Shown in pieces: positions 33,105 through 45,035 of a DNA stretch of 64,000 nt (position 1 is its first letter; every line of letters starts with the position of its first letter). The position numbers and the translations under genes are program-made. The notes beneath the pieces were generated by a model. It had not been told where the DNA came from and did not search any database. It saw nothing but the letters and a program-made list of their open reading frames with translations. The stretch comes from an uncultured Planctomycetaceae bacterium (GTDB lineage Bacteria > Planctomycetota > Planctomycetia > Planctomycetales > Planctomycetaceae), in NCBI GenBank assembly GCA_963813715.1, contig CAWFAK010000009.1, positions 96,001 through 160,000 of the forward strand, read 5' to 3'.

Positions 33105-36100
33105 GTGATTCATGGGGACTCCTTCGTCCACCGGCTGCTCCGCGCAGGCTGGCGGCTTCCCAATAGTCGATCGCATCGCTGCCGTAGCCTGGCCTGGCGG
33201 GCCGCCTGTCTCGCGCTCGGCACCCTCTTTTTGTCCGCGGCCCATCCGGACGAAGATCACCGTCTGGTCCGCGTTCAAATCGAATGGCGGTCATCCAAAT
33301 CCGAATGTTGGGCCGGTGTGCTGGAGACGTCGCAGGGCACGATTGAGCATCCGGCATCGTTGGGCGTCGCCGGCGACGAGGCGGGCACGCTCTGGGCTGA
33401 CGGCAAGTGCCTATGGCTCGGCCGGCACAAGTCCAGCGATCGCGACGGCTTCGAGGTCTCCGTCATCGCCCCGCCTTCGGCACACTTATCTTTCACGCTG
33501 CAAGCGCCGGGCAGCAGCGGCCCGCGGCAACGGTTTGAATGCCTGCTTTCCGACCTCGAAGAGGGCAAAAGCCTGTCGGAAAAGGGAGCCGCGTTGCAGC
33601 TGTCGGTCCGCCGCGCTCCTGGGGACGCCTTGCGGATCGTCGTCGATCGTCCGCATCTGATCTATCATCCGAGCGAAACGTTCAAAGCCACGCTGGTCCC
33701 CGACGTGCTGATCGACGGGCGGCCTAACAAACGGGCACAGATCAGATGGACGCTCTCGGCCGCGCGAACGGGCGTTACGCTCAAAAGCGGCACGCTTCCT
33801 TTCCCGAGGAAGCCGCCGGCCGGCCACGGCGCGCTCGGCGGCGGTCTAGTCGAAATTCCGCTCCCGCGCGAAGAAGGTCCGATCTCGCTCGGCTTTCGCC
33901 TTGTCGGCAATGGCCCGAGTGAGCCGCGATCGTCTGTGCAATTGCTGGTGCTGAGCGAAACGGCACCGCGCGATCCGCGCATCGCGCTGTCGGCTGAGAC
34001 TTTGATCGAGCGCCTCACAGCTGACGAATTTGAATCGCGGCGACTTGCGCCCACACCGGTGGCTTCGGGCAGCTCGACGCCCACACTCCGCGCGGCCTTC
34101 GACACGTCGCGACCGGAACCGGCCGAGTTGACCACCGCCGGCGAAGCGCACGTCGACTGGATGCGCCGTCCGCCTGCAGCTCAAGCATCCGCAACGGCCG
34201 CACCGATTGGTGCTGCACGTTGCGCCCGATAGCGGGCCGTTGCTCGGCGCAAGCCTGCTCGAACCCGATGCGAAGGGAGCATTCACGGCCTCCACGCTCA
34301 ATACGGGCTTGGCGTTCGCCGACACGAGCGACGAGGCACCCGCCACAGAGGCCGCCGGTTGCCAGCACGAAATTCTCTTCTGGCCGCAAGTTTGCGACCC
34401 GGTACTGCTCGTGCACGATCTGGCCAGCGGTCATCGCCCGCATGTCACGAACGTCGAAATCTATGAATTGGCTCCGCCGCCTCCGCAGCCTTTGACACCA
34501 CAGTCGCCGATTGCAAGACCAGTGAATGCGGCCCACGCAGTCGACTCGCGTTCGGACGAGCGTCTGATCGGCCCGTACCTCGCCCGCCCACTCTTGCCCG
34601 AAACATTCGGCGGCCCGAAGGTCTTCGACGCGCGGGCCGGACAGAGCATTGAGGATTGGGAGACGTTCCACGCGGCCGCCCGGCATGTCGCGGATTATCT
34701 CGTCTACCATGGCTACAACAGCCTGCTGATCGCCGCCCTGTCCGAGGGCACAACGATCTACCCGAGCACGTCGATCGAGCCGACCCGGCGGTACGACTCG
34801 GGCGCGGTCTCGGCCGCGAGCCAGATTCCAATCCGCAAGGATTTCTTGGAACTCCTCCATCGGGTCTTCGATCGAGAACACCTGACATTGATTCCCGAGC
34901 TGCAGTTCACTTGCCCGCTTCCCTCGCTCGAGCGGCAGTTGGTCGACGGGGCGGCGGCAGAGGGGATCGAGCTGATCGGGGCCGACGGCCAGAGCGCTCG
35001 CGAGCGCGGGGGCCGCGGGCAAGAACCCTGGCCGATCTACAACCCGCTCGACCCGCGCGTGCAAGACGCGGTGCTCACCGCCGTTCGCGAAGTCGTCGAG
35101 CGGTATCGGCAGCATCCTTCGTTTCGCGGCGTGGCGCTCGAGATCAGTCGCACCGGTTACCTGCAATTGCCGGGAATCGATTGGGGCTACGATTCGGCGA
35201 CGGTCGCCCGTTTCGAGCACGACACGGGAGTGACTGTCGACGGACCGCTCGGCGGCGACGTTTATCCGCATCGGCACGCCGTCCTCACAGGCGAGGCCCG
35301 AACCGCGTGGGTTCGCTGGCGGTGTCAGCAAATGGCGAAGTTCTATCAGCGGCTAGCCGACACGCTCCAATCGTCCGGACCGCAGGCGCGTCTCGTGCTA
35401 GCGTGCAAGCAGGTGCTGCCCGATCCGGGCGCTGACGAGGAAGTGCGACACGAGATTCGCGTGCGGGGCCGACTGGCCGAATTGCTAGCCGACCGCGGGC
35501 TCGACTTTTCGCTTTTGGGCGACGACGCGCGAATCGTCGTGCTCAAGTCGTCCGTGTGGCACGCCTCGGCCAACGCCGAGGAAGGCTTGCTTGACGACGC
35601 ACTCAGCCCGACGGGCTCGTTCGGCAACGCCTTTCACTTTCCCCGGATCGGCGTGCTCAACTACCGCCCGCCGCGACAGATCAACGTGGCCAATTTCGAG
35701 TGCGCTGCGGCCGGGCAGCCTGCGGTGATGCGGCTCTCTGTCGAAGCTTCGCCGAATGTTCGCGCGAGCCGCCGCCGCTTCGTCCGCGCACTGGCCGAGA
35801 CCAACGCGCCGATGATCTTTGAGGGGGGCTGGACCGTTCCGCTGGGACAGGAACGGGCAACCGAACGCCTGCGGCAAATCGCGCGGGCCATTCCGCCGAT
35901 CCCCTTTTTTAAAGTGGCGGCGGACGACCAGTCGGCCATCGTTCAGATCGCCCGGCACAACAAAAAGACGTATATCTATGCAGTCAACGCGTTCGCCCAA
36001 CCGTTCGAGCTATCGCTCGTGCTCTCCTGTCCGCCGGGAACGGCCTGTCATCCGCTCGGCCCGTCGCCCCCGGCATTGATTGGACCGGGATCCTCCGGAG

Positions 36101-36690
36101 CGACCAGCGGCGACTCGGCTGGCAGCGATTCGAGCCGGCTGCATACGTCGCTCGACGGTTACGGGCTGGCGGCCTGGGAAATCGATCACGACGATGCGCG
36201 AGTGATCGCCGTCGAAACGCAGCTGCCGCCGGCCGCCCTCGCACATTTGCAGGCGCGCGTCGCCCGCTTTCAGCAACAACTGGCCCTCGCCCGGAGGAGC
36301 GCTCAGGCGGAGACAAGTGTCGCGGCGACTGCCGGAGGAAATGCCCCAGGGGATACCGCCGCGCCGCGCGGAGAGAAGGGGGAAGCAATTTCCTCGCTGC
36401 ACGAAACTTCCGCCGAGGCTGGCTCGCTCGAACTGACCTCCGGCCGCAGCCCGGTTCGCGGCGTGGTCGCCGACGGGCCGCCCGAGACCGACTCGCTCTC
36501 GCCCGACGATTTGCGCCAGCTCGCGAAGATCTCGATGCAGCTCGCGCTCGCCGCGGACGAAAAGCGAGTCGCGCAGTGCCAGCAATTGTTGGACAGCTAT
36601 TGGTGCCGCCACCTGTCGCTCCGCGCCGACTCGTCGCAGCCTGCCCTCCTCCGGGAGGCGGCCCGACCGACCGAATCAGCGACCCGCTGA
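33105..36690 (+). CDS. Large exported protein with a GHL10-like TIM-barrel domain (frameshift near 34170-34200)
   Basis: GYNSLL..IYPS, DFLELL..FDRE, YNPLDPRVQ, RYRQHPSFRGV, WGYD and WVRWR motifs. Confidence 0.65.
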
Positions 36691-36721
36691 ACGCACCGCC
36701 GCGGGCTGTGCGAAGCTCGCT

Positions 36722-37485
36722 CTACGGCTCGCTATCCCCGGCAAAGCTCGCGATCAACTCGCGTTTGAGCGCACGGACAGCCCCCGCAGAAATCGGGTTT
36801 GTGCGGCGGCCGCCTGCGCACGCCGCGCTCCGCACGCCGACAAGATCGGGGCCGACTGTTGGCCAACTCGGCCAATTGGGGGCGTCTCAGCCCGCCAGCC
36901 AACGCGACCTTTAAGCCCGTCTCGCGCGCCTCGTTGACCAGCCGCCGCAGCGTACGGCAGTCGGTCACTTCCAGCAGATTTCCGGCCCGCTTGTCGAACG
37001 TGTCGAGCAGCAGGACCGAACACCGCACCGTTCGGGCCGACGCGAGTACTCGCGAGGGTTCAAGGCTTTTGGCCTTCTGCCAATCGGCATAGGCCACCGC
37101 CACCCATTGCACGCCAGCGCCGGCAGGCATTTCGACCCGGCTCTGCACTTGTCGCCAGGCCGCGACCCAACGCTCAGCCGAAGCGATCCCGGCCGCGCCC
37201 AACTTGAGATAGCCGATTCCGGGTGGCACCGCGAACGCCGGCTCGCCCGGCCGCTTCCCAGTCGACCAGCTCACCCAGGGCCGCGCTGCAGGGAAGGGGA
37301 GTCGCCGGGCCGCGGCAACCGGCAGCAAACTCAGCGATGGCCACCATCCGCGGGCGATCGGCCATGCCAAGCGGGCCGCGGGACGGTTCCTTGATGTCGA
37401 GCAGATCGCAACTGCCAACGACGGCCGCCCGCGCCTCGACTGCGTTGCGAACGCTCACCAGCAACGCGGGAACGCGCGCGTCCAC
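36722..37485 (-). CDS. mfnB: (5-formylfuran-3-yl)methyl phosphate synthase, DUF556 family (frameshifted)
   Basis: LLVSVR..EA, DIKEPSRGPLG, SAALGE, YLKLG, VAVAYAD, LLDTFDK, ALAGGL and DLVGVRSAAC across three frames. Confidence 0.85.
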
Positions 37486-37571
37486 CCGAGGGCGCGCTCG
37501 TCCACGGCCGATCGAGACCGGGATTTCGGACGAAAGAAACGGGGCGAGAGGAGGGACACAGGATTGATCCG

Positions 37572-38315
37572 CTAAAGCAAGCGGGGCGACTCGTCCGCGA
37601 ACGGATGCAGGCCGCCAAACGTCTTCGGTCGGGGCAAGGCGTCGACCAGTGCCTCGGCCATCTTGAAGTCGGCAAATGTGGTGAGCTTGATGTTCATCGG
37701 CCAGCCTTCAACGATCGACACTGGGTGCCCCAGGTTCTCTACCAGCTGGGCCTCGTCGGTGGCCTGCAGCGATCCGCGGCGGGCGAACGCGTCCATGAGC
37801 AACTGTCGGCGAAACACCTGCGGTGTCTGCGCCCGCCACAGTCCGTCGCGCGGCACCGTCTCGACGATTGTGCGATCCGGGCCAACCCGCTTGAGCGTGT
37901 CGCTGGCGGCCAGGGCCGGGATGACGGCCCCCGATTTCTCCGCCTGCACAAAAAGCGTGTCGACCCATTCTTTTACGAGCAACGGCCGGGCCGCGTCGTG
38001 GACGGCGACGAAATCGACATCAGTTTTGACTCGGGCCAGGGCGTTCTGCACCGATTCGAACCGCTCAGCCCCGCCCTCGACAATCTCAACATTCATAAAG
38101 GCCAGATTCGGGCGGAACTTTTCCTTGACCCACTCGATGTCTTCGCGGGAAACGACCAGCAGCACCTGACTGACGTCCTCCCGATTGAGGAAGACTTCGG
38201 CCGCCCGCACCCAGACGGGCCGCCCCTTCAACTCGATGAAGGGCTTCTTCCGCTTCTGCATCGAGAAGCGGCTGCTCTTCCCCGCGGCCGGCAGGATCAC
38301 GGCGAAGTTGGCCAT
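37572..38315 (-). CDS. ispD: 2-C-methyl-D-erythritol 4-phosphate cytidylyltransferase
   Basis: PAAGKSSRF, GGAERFESV, VHDAARP, QTPQVF, TDEA and NIKLTT motifs. Confidence 0.95.
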   Translation of the reverse strand: MANFAVILPAAGKSSRFSMQKRKKPFIELKGRPVWVRAAEVFLNREDVSQVLLVVSREDIEWVKEKFRPNLAFMNVEIVEGGAERFESVQNALARVKTDVDFVAVHDAARPLLVKEWVDTLFVQAEKSGAVIPALAASDTLKRVGPDRTIVETVPRDGLWRAQTPQVFRRQLLMDAFARRGSLQATDEAQLVENLGHPVSIVEGWPMNIKLTTFADFKMAEALVDALPRPKTFGGLHPFADESPRLL

Positions 38316-38444
38316 CGAATGACTCCGCGACACGAATCGGACGACGCGCACCCCCGAAAGAATTGAAGTGCGGCCGACGGCTCGATCATAGACCGCGCCG
38401 GTACAGGCGACAATTCACGCGGTCAGCAGTCGACGTGCCGGCCG

Positions 38445-38942
38445 TCAGATCCGTACGGGGGCCAGTCCCAGGCTCTTGCGGATCACCGTTAGCTGGCCGT
38501 AATGCACCCCCTCATGCCACAACAGCCGCATCAGCACGTTGCCCAACGTCGGGGCGAACTTGGAAAACTTTTCGGGGGGCGGGCCGGCAAGCTGCTCGTC
38601 GGTCAGCGATTGGACCCAGGCCCGAAAGGCGGCCCGCGACGACTTGAAATAGTCGCGGACGACGGCCAGCGGTGGGTAACTGCTCGCGTCGGGGCTGGGC
38701 TGCGACTTGGCAAAGAACGTCGCCCGATATTTCTCGGCGAGCGCATCGTCGTGGCCGGCCAGGTTTACCAAAAAGTACTGGTTGACCGTCGCCAGATGGC
38801 CAAGCGTCCACAGGGCATGGTTGCCCCCCTCGCACGGCTGGTGAAGGTACTGGTCCTCGGGAATGGCGGCGAAAAGGTCTTCGACCGCCTTATCGGTGTA
38901 ATCAAGGGCCGTGAGCAATTGATTGCGAAGTACGTCGGACAT
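38445..38942 (-). CDS. DinB family protein
   Basis: NHALWTLGHL and HEGVHYGQL His motifs. Confidence 0.85.
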   Translation of the reverse strand: MSDVLRNQLLTALDYTDKAVEDLFAAIPEDQYLHQPCEGGNHALWTLGHLATVNQYFLVNLAGHDDALAEKYRATFFAKSQPSPDASSYPPLAVVRDYFKSSRAAFRAWVQSLTDEQLAGPPPEKFSKFAPTLGNVLMRLLWHEGVHYGQLTVIRKSLGLAPVRI

Positions 38943-39164
38943 CGTCGGTTCCTTGTGGTGGGGCCGGTTCGGGTGGCGGAATCCCGGGGCCGTCCCAAGG
39001 CCTCTCGAGCAAGGGAGATCCGTAGAATCCTCCCAAAATCGCCCGCCCCTGACAAATTCCCGCACGGATTATCACGGCCGGCACCACTAATAAGGTGACG
39101 GATCCGGCGAAGGATCGCCGCCGTCAGATTGCGGTCTTACGGGAATCCGAGCGAGTCACGAACC

Positions 39165-41747
39165 ATGCGACTAACCCTCCGCACGCTGTTGGCCTACCTG
39201 GACGATATTCTGGAACCGGCTCAAACCAAGGAGATCGGCTCCAAGCTGACGGAGAGCAAGTTCGCGTCCGACCTGGTCGAGCGGATTCGCGACGTGATGC
39301 GTCGCCGCCGGCTGTCGGCCCCCGAGGTCGAAGAAGCCGAGGGGAGCCTCGACGCCAACGTGATGGCCGCCTACCTGGACAACACGCTCGCGTCGGACAA
39401 AGTCACCGACGTCGAAAAAATCTGCCTCGAATCGGACGTGCACCTGGCCGAGGCGGCCGCCTGCCATCAAATCCTCACGATGGTGCTGGGTGAGCCGGTC
39501 GAGATCGTCCCCGACAGCCGGCGCCGCATGTACGGATTGGTCTCGCAAGGCAGCGGAGACAATCACGCGGCCATCGCGGCGGGCCAGTCCGCGGCAGCCG
39601 GGGCCGCGCACGACGACCTCGACGACTTGGCGACGCCGACTCAGCCCGAGGAGCGGACCGAAAAGATCGACAGCCTGCTCCCCGAATATCTGCGGCCGCG
39701 CCCCTTCTGGCAGCGGGCGGCGTACGTCGCGGTTCCCGTGGTGCTGTTGGTCCTGCTCGGCTCTCTAATCGTCAACGATCCCACTTTCCACTTGGGGAAA
39801 TGGTTTGGCGGTGCAGACAACACGGCCGGCCAGGTCGCGGTGGGCGTGCCGAAGGCGCCCGGCCACGAACCGGCCAAGCCGAACGATGCAGCGCACGCCA
39901 CTCACGATGGGTTGCCCAATGCGGCCGAAGCTGTCGCGGCCGGCGGCGCGGCGAAACTGCCCGTCTCATCGACGTCCTCCGCGGCAACTCCGCCCGCGCA
40001 GTCGGAACCGAAATCGCCCTCGGTCGAACTGGCTCCCGGGTCGACGCCTCCGGCCGTGACTTCCACGAATCCCACGTCCACCGCACCGTCGCTGCCGGAC
40101 ACGGCGACGATCATGACCCCGACAAATGGGACAGCAACAAACGGGACAGCGACGAACGGCTCACCGACCGCGGCGACAACGACCCCGGCGCAGCCCACAT
40201 CGCCGGGCGCTCTGCCCGTGAATGTCGCAGCGTCGCCGACGAATCCGGCGACAAGTGCGGGGCCGGCTCCGGCGGTTCCCGCCCCCGGCAGCCCGACCGA
40301 GATGACGGCAAAGCCGGCGCCGGCCAATCCGGTCGCGTCGATCGGCTCGGCGAAATCCGGCGGCTCAGTTCCCGCTCCTCCCGTGCCCGGCATTACCGGA
40401 CATGAACCCAAATCGGCAACTACCGCCGGCGTGACGGCCAAGCCGGACAAGCCGGTCTCCGAAGCGCCGCTCGACGTGAGGTTTGTTTCCAAAACGGGCG
40501 TGCTACTGGGCTACGATCCGACCCGTGAAGATTGGTTCGTGCTCGAACGGCCGAGCCTCAAGCTGCCGGCTCCCATCGACGAAACGCCCAAAGTTGAGAA
40601 GGGTGATGCGGCCAACCAGCTCGTTTCGCCGGCACCCCCCGTGCCGATGCCTGGTGACCGACGGGCCGACTTGCTCGCGGCCCCCGAGCCGTTCGACAGC
40701 CAGCTCGACCTGGGCGACGGATTGTGCCGGATGTGGGTGATTGGCGGCAGCTCCGCCCGTCTCTTAGCGCCGGCCGGCGCCTCGCGCTTCGGCATCGAAC
40801 TGCGCGAAGGGCGCATCGTGCTGCGGAGCGGGCTCGGGCCTAATCCCGCGTCCGCCTACACGCCGCTCGTGGTGACGCTGGTCGTCCGCGGCGAACAATG
40901 GCAGCTCGAGTTCCTCCGGCCCGATACGCAGTGCGGCATCGAGATCACGCCGCTGTTTCCCAACAAGCCGGGTCAAGACGCCAAGGAAGTTTCCTACAAC
41001 GGCGGTCTGTACGTCGTTTCGGGAGACGTGCGATTCACGGAGGCCATCGGCCGGCAGCGGACGCTGGCCGCCGGTCGCTGGATTTCGCTCGCGCCGAGCG
41101 ACCTGGCCGTGGCGACCGATCTGGCCGGCTCATCGTTCCGCGCGAAGGGATCCGCCCCAACCTGGCTGACTCCGGAGACGCACAAAATTCCGCCGTCACT
41201 CACGCGGATCGCAAAAGATTTCGGCGAAGCGTTCCTGTCGGATCAGCCGGTTTCGCTGTCGATCGGCACGCTCGCCAAGAGCGAGAAGAATCCGAAGATC
41301 GCGGAGCTGGCCGCCAAGACACTGGCGCTCACCGGGCAATATGCGAGCCTGGTCGAAGTGCTGGCCCAGGTGCCGCACGACGAAGCGGTCGAAGCCGCGG
41401 CGCGGGGCCTCCGCGCGTGGCTGCCGATTGCGCCCAACAACGTTACGCTGCTGCAAAAAGAGCTGAGCACGGCCTTCGTGCCCGCCGTCGAGGACATTGT
41501 GTTGCGGTTGTTGTGGGGTTACAACATCAACGACGACGCCCGCAATCTCGACACGTCGAAGCAGCTCGTCGAATGGCTGGATAACGACAAGCTGGCCGTC
41601 CGCGTGCTGGCGATCGACCAGATCAGCGCGCTCACCGGCGGCCAAACCATGCGATATCGCGCCGGTATGAAGACCGCCGATCGGAAGGTCACCAAGCGGC
41701 AATGGGAACACTACGTCGAGCAGAACAAGGGCTTGGTTCACAAGTGA
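39165..41747 (+). CDS. Planctomycete-type single-TM protein (anti-sigma-like N-terminus, Pro/Thr linker, helical C-terminus)
   Basis: MRLTLRTLLAYLDD...VEKICLESDVHLAEAAACHQIL; one TM; long low-complexity linker. Confidence 0.7.
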   Translation: MRLTLRTLLAYLDDILEPAQTKEIGSKLTESKFASDLVERIRDVMRRRRLSAPEVEEAEGSLDANVMAAYLDNTLASDKVTDVEKICLESDVHLAEAAACHQILTMVLGEPVEIVPDSRRRMYGLVSQGSGDNHAAIAAGQSAAAGAAHDDLDDLATPTQPEERTEKIDSLLPEYLRPRPFWQRAAYVAVPVVLLVLLGSLIVNDPTFHLGKWFGGADNTAGQVAVGVPKAPGHEPAKPNDAAHATHDGLPNAAEAVAAGGAAKLPVSSTSSAATPPAQSEPKSPSVELAPGSTPPAVTSTNPTSTAPSLPDTATIMTPTNGTATNGTATNGSPTAATTTPAQPTSPGALPVNVAASPTNPATSAGPAPAVPAPGSPTEMTAKPAPANPVASIGSAKSGGSVPAPPVPGITGHEPKSATTAGVTAKPDKPVSEAPLDVRFVSKTGVLLGYDPTREDWFVLERPSLKLPAPIDETPKVEKGDAANQLVSPAPPVPMPGDRRADLLAAPEPFDSQLDLGDGLCRMWVIGGSSARLLAPAGASRFGIELREGRIVLRSGLGPNPASAYTPLVVTLVVRGEQWQLEFLRPDTQCGIEITPLFPNKPGQDAKEVSYNGGLYVVSGDVRFTEAIGRQRTLAAGRWISLAPSDLAVATDLAGSSFRAKGSAPTWLTPETHKIPPSLTRIAKDFGEAFLSDQPVSLSIGTLAKSEKNPKIAELAAKTLALTGQYASLVEVLAQVPHDEAVEAAARGLRAWLPIAPNNVTLLQKELSTAFVPAVEDIVLRLLWGYNINDDARNLDTSKQLVEWLDNDKLAVRVLAIDQISALTGGQTMRYRAGMKTADRKVTKRQWEHYVEQNKGLVHK

Positions 41748-42653
41748 ACCCACCGAGCGCGCAGGGCACGGTCGGCGGTGCCTCCGTGCGGCGATTCCTC
41801 GAGCTGATTCGCTTCAGTCACACGGTCTTCGCACTACCATTCGCCCTGTTCTCGGCCGTGCTGGCCTGGCAACAGCCGGACGTCGCTTTTCGTCTGCGCG
41901 ACGTGGCGGGCTTGCTGTTGTGCATGGTGTTTGCCCGCTCGGCCTCGATGGCATTTAATCGCCTGGCCGACCGTCGCTTGGACGCTCAGAACCCGCGGAC
42001 GGCGGGTCGCCACCTGCCGGCGGGACTGTTGAGCGTGACGGCGGTGAGCCTGTTCACCGTCGGCTGCGCGGCAGGATTTGTCGCCTCGACGCTGCTCTTT
42101 TTGCCGAACCGGTTGCCGCTGGAACTGTCGCTGCCTGTGCTCGCGTTCTTGCTGGGCTACTCGTTCGCGAAGCGGTTTACGTCTTTCGTGCATTTCTGGC
42201 TCGGCGGCCGCGCTCATGCTCTCTCCCATTGCCGCCTGGATCGCGATTACCGGCGGCCTGGCCTGGCCGCCCGTGCTGTTGGGGCTGGCCGTCTTCTTCT
42301 GGGTCGGCGGCTTCGACGTGATCTACGCGTGCCAGGATGTCGAGTTCGATCGCGCATCGCGACTCCGCAGCATCCCCGCGCGATTCGGCGTTGGCCGAGC
42401 GCTCAAGCTGGCGGCGCTCAGCCACCTGCTGACGGTCGTTTGCCTCGCCGCGCTGTGGTGGACGGCTGGGCTCGGTCCGCTGTTCGCCATCGGCGTGGCG
42501 GCTGTCGCGATTCTGTTGGCCTACGAACACTGGCTCGTCCGCCCCGACGATCTGACCCGCGTGAATATGGCGTTCTTCAACGTCAACGCGGTGATCAGCA
42601 TCGGCCTGTTCGTGGTCGGCAGTTTGGACGTTTGGACGAGAACGCTGCGATAG
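41744..42653 (+). CDS. UbiA-family polyprenyltransferase (MqnP-like; frameshift near 42210)
   Basis: IRFSHTVFALPF, FNRLADRRLDAQNPRT, GFDVIYACQD and AFFNVN motifs; upstream of mqnE. Confidence 0.9.
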
Positions 42654-42691
42654 GGAGTCTTACCGAGCGCTGCCCTTCCTCACCCGCTCAG

Positions 42692-42730
42692 CCCCTCGCC
42701 CTAAATTCCTCTCCCCCTCGCGGGAGAGGG
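42692..42730. repeat. REP-like CCTCTCCC/GGGAGAGG hairpin
   Basis: CCCCTCGCCC..CCTCTCCC-CCTCGC-GGGAGAGGG. Confidence 0.55.
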
Positions 42731-42892
42731 AGAAAGATGAGGGACTAGTAGCGAGATCCTCCGTTCGACCGAGCGTCCGTCTGACGCACGGTGGTCCGGC
42801 TCCGCTCGGCGGACTAGAATACCGGTAACGCGGAAATATGGCCGATTTATCGAGAAAAACTGCGGAGTGACGCGTGGATCGCGAACGCACCC

Positions 42893-44006
42893 TTGCCAAT
42901 CACCGACAAAGTCGAAGCCGGCGAACGGCTGTCGTTCGACGAAGGCGTCTTTCTCGACGAGCAGGTCGACATCCTCACGTTGGGCCGCTTGGCCAACGTC
43001 GTCCGCGAGCGGAAGAACGGCAACCTCGCGTTTTACAACACGAACATCCACCTCAATCCGACCAACGTTTGCGTCTATCGCTGCACGTTCTGCGCGTTTC
43101 GGGCCGACCTCAAGGCGGCCAAGGCCTACGAATTCACCGACGAGATGGTTCGCGACCGCGTGCTCGAGGCCACGAGGGCCGGTGCGACTGAGATTCATGT
43201 CGTCGGCGGACTGCATCATCTCAAGCCCTTCGAGTGGTACTTGAACGTCGTCCGCGTCATTCACGACACGAACGCCGAAATGCACATCAAGGCCTGGACG
43301 CCGGTGGAAATCCACTGGTTCAGCTACATCACCAAGAAGCCCATCCGCTGGGTGCTCGAGCAGTTGATCGAAGCGGGCTTGGGCAGCCTGCCCGGCGGCG
43401 GAGCCGAGATTTTTCATCCCGAGGTCCGCGACCAGATCTGCGAACACAAGGCCGACGCCAGCCATTGGTTCGACATCCATCGCGAGGCACATCGCCTGGG
43501 GCTGCGGTCGAACGCCACCATGCTCTACGGCCACATCGAAAAGGCCAAGCACCGCATCGATCACCTCTGCCGGCTCCGCGACCTGCAGGACGAGACGGGC
43601 GGCTTTCAGACGTTCATTCCGCTCGCCTTCCATCCGGAGAACACGGGTCTCGTCGCACATTCCCAAGGCGAGCGGGCTTGCCGATCTCAAGGTTGTCGCG
43701 CTCGGACGGCTGATGCTCGACAACTTCGACCATGTGAAGGCCTATTGGATCATGCTGGGCGAAAAGACGGCCCAGATCGCCCTCAGCTTCGGGGCCGACG
43801 ATATCGACGGCACCGTCGTCCATGAACTGATTTATCACGACGCGGGAGCCAAGACGCCAGAAGGACTCACGGTCGATCAGATCCATCGCTTGATCAGGGA
43901 GGCGGGACGTATTCCGGTCGAGCGCGATACCCTCTATCGACGCGTGATCCGCGACGGTGCCCGCTGGACCATCGGCGAACCGCTCCTGGCAGGGGCCGCC
44001 TGCTGA
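42893..44006 (+). CDS. mqnE: Aminofutalosine synthase (radical SAM; frameshift near 43650)
   Basis: NPTNVCVYRCTFC, EIHVVGG, SNATMLYGHIE, FIPLAFHP and HVKAYWIM motifs. Confidence 0.92.
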
Positions 44007-44025
44007 CGACTCGAGTCCCTGCCCT

Positions 44026-44412
44026 ATGAAAACCAATGAGTCCAACGCGATGCCCGCTCCCACCGCAGTCGGCGACATTATTCCCCGCACGGTCAGCCGC
44101 GAGCTGAAATTTGCCAACGGCACGGCGATCGGCGTCAGCAATCGCTGGAACAAGGGGCAATACTGCTCGATCCTGACTGAGGCTGGCATCGTCGGCTGCG
44201 GCATTTACGATCTGGAGACGGCGGCCGAATTCAGCCTGGCGATTGCCATCTGCAAAGGGACGCCGGCCAAGCCACTCGTCGAGCCCGAGGATTTGTTCGA
44301 GTCGAAAATCGTCGGTGCCACTCCGCAGGCCGAAGCGATGGGCATCCGCAAAGGGATCACCGGCAAGGAAGCGGTGGAACTGATGCTGCGGGCCAAACCG
44401 GCGAAATCGTGA
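44026..44412 (+). CDS. YunC (DUF1805) family protein
   Basis: GIVGCGIYD and KIVGATPQAEAMGIRKGITGKEA patterns. Confidence 0.75.
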   Translation: MKTNESNAMPAPTAVGDIIPRTVSRELKFANGTAIGVSNRWNKGQYCSILTEAGIVGCGIYDLETAAEFSLAIAICKGTPAKPLVEPEDLFESKIVGATPQAEAMGIRKGITGKEAVELMLRAKPAKS

Positions 44413-44450
44413 CCAGCGCTTTCCACGAGTTCTAAGCCAGAGAGACCGCC

Positions 44451-44912
44451 ATGAGCCCGACCGACGCCGCCACCCGCTCGACGCAGCATGCCGCGACGTC
44501 ATCCGCGAATCCGCTGCGGGTGAAGACCCTCGACCACGTGACGCTGGTCGTAAAGGACCTCGAACGCAGTCACGCCTTTTATGCGGGCGTGCTCGGCATG
44601 CAGCCAGTCGAGCGGCCCAAGTTCTCGTTTGCCGGCAGCTGGTTCCAGGCGGGAAAGACGCAGATTCATCTGATTTTGGAGCATCCCGAATCGGGCCCTT
44701 CCGGCGTGCCGATCCCGCAGCAACTGTTGGGAATGAGCCGCACGCATCACTTCGCCTTCGAAGTCGACGATGCCCATGCAGCGACCGAGGTATTGCGGTC
44801 GAAGGGCATTCCGATCGTCAGCGGACCGAAGAACCGTCCCGACGGCATGATCCAGGTCTTCGCGACCGACCCGGACGGCCACGTCGTCGAACTCTGTTCC
44901 TGGCCTCGATAG
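44451..44912 (+). CDS. VOC / glyoxalase family protein
   Basis: LDHVTLVVKDL, HFAFEV and DPDGHVVEL motifs. Confidence 0.9.
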   Translation: MSPTDAATRSTQHAATSSANPLRVKTLDHVTLVVKDLERSHAFYAGVLGMQPVERPKFSFAGSWFQAGKTQIHLILEHPESGPSGVPIPQQLLGMSRTHHFAFEVDDAHAATEVLRSKGIPIVSGPKNRPDGMIQVFATDPDGHVVELCSWPR

Positions 44913-45035
44913 GGACAGGCCGCCCCGCTGAAGACGCCGCCATCACGAACCGGCTATCGACGACGCTGCGCGTCCCCGTCGACGGGCGCGGAGCAGCGAC
45001 CGTGCCGCGATAGCTCGTTCGGTCTCGAAGTCGGC

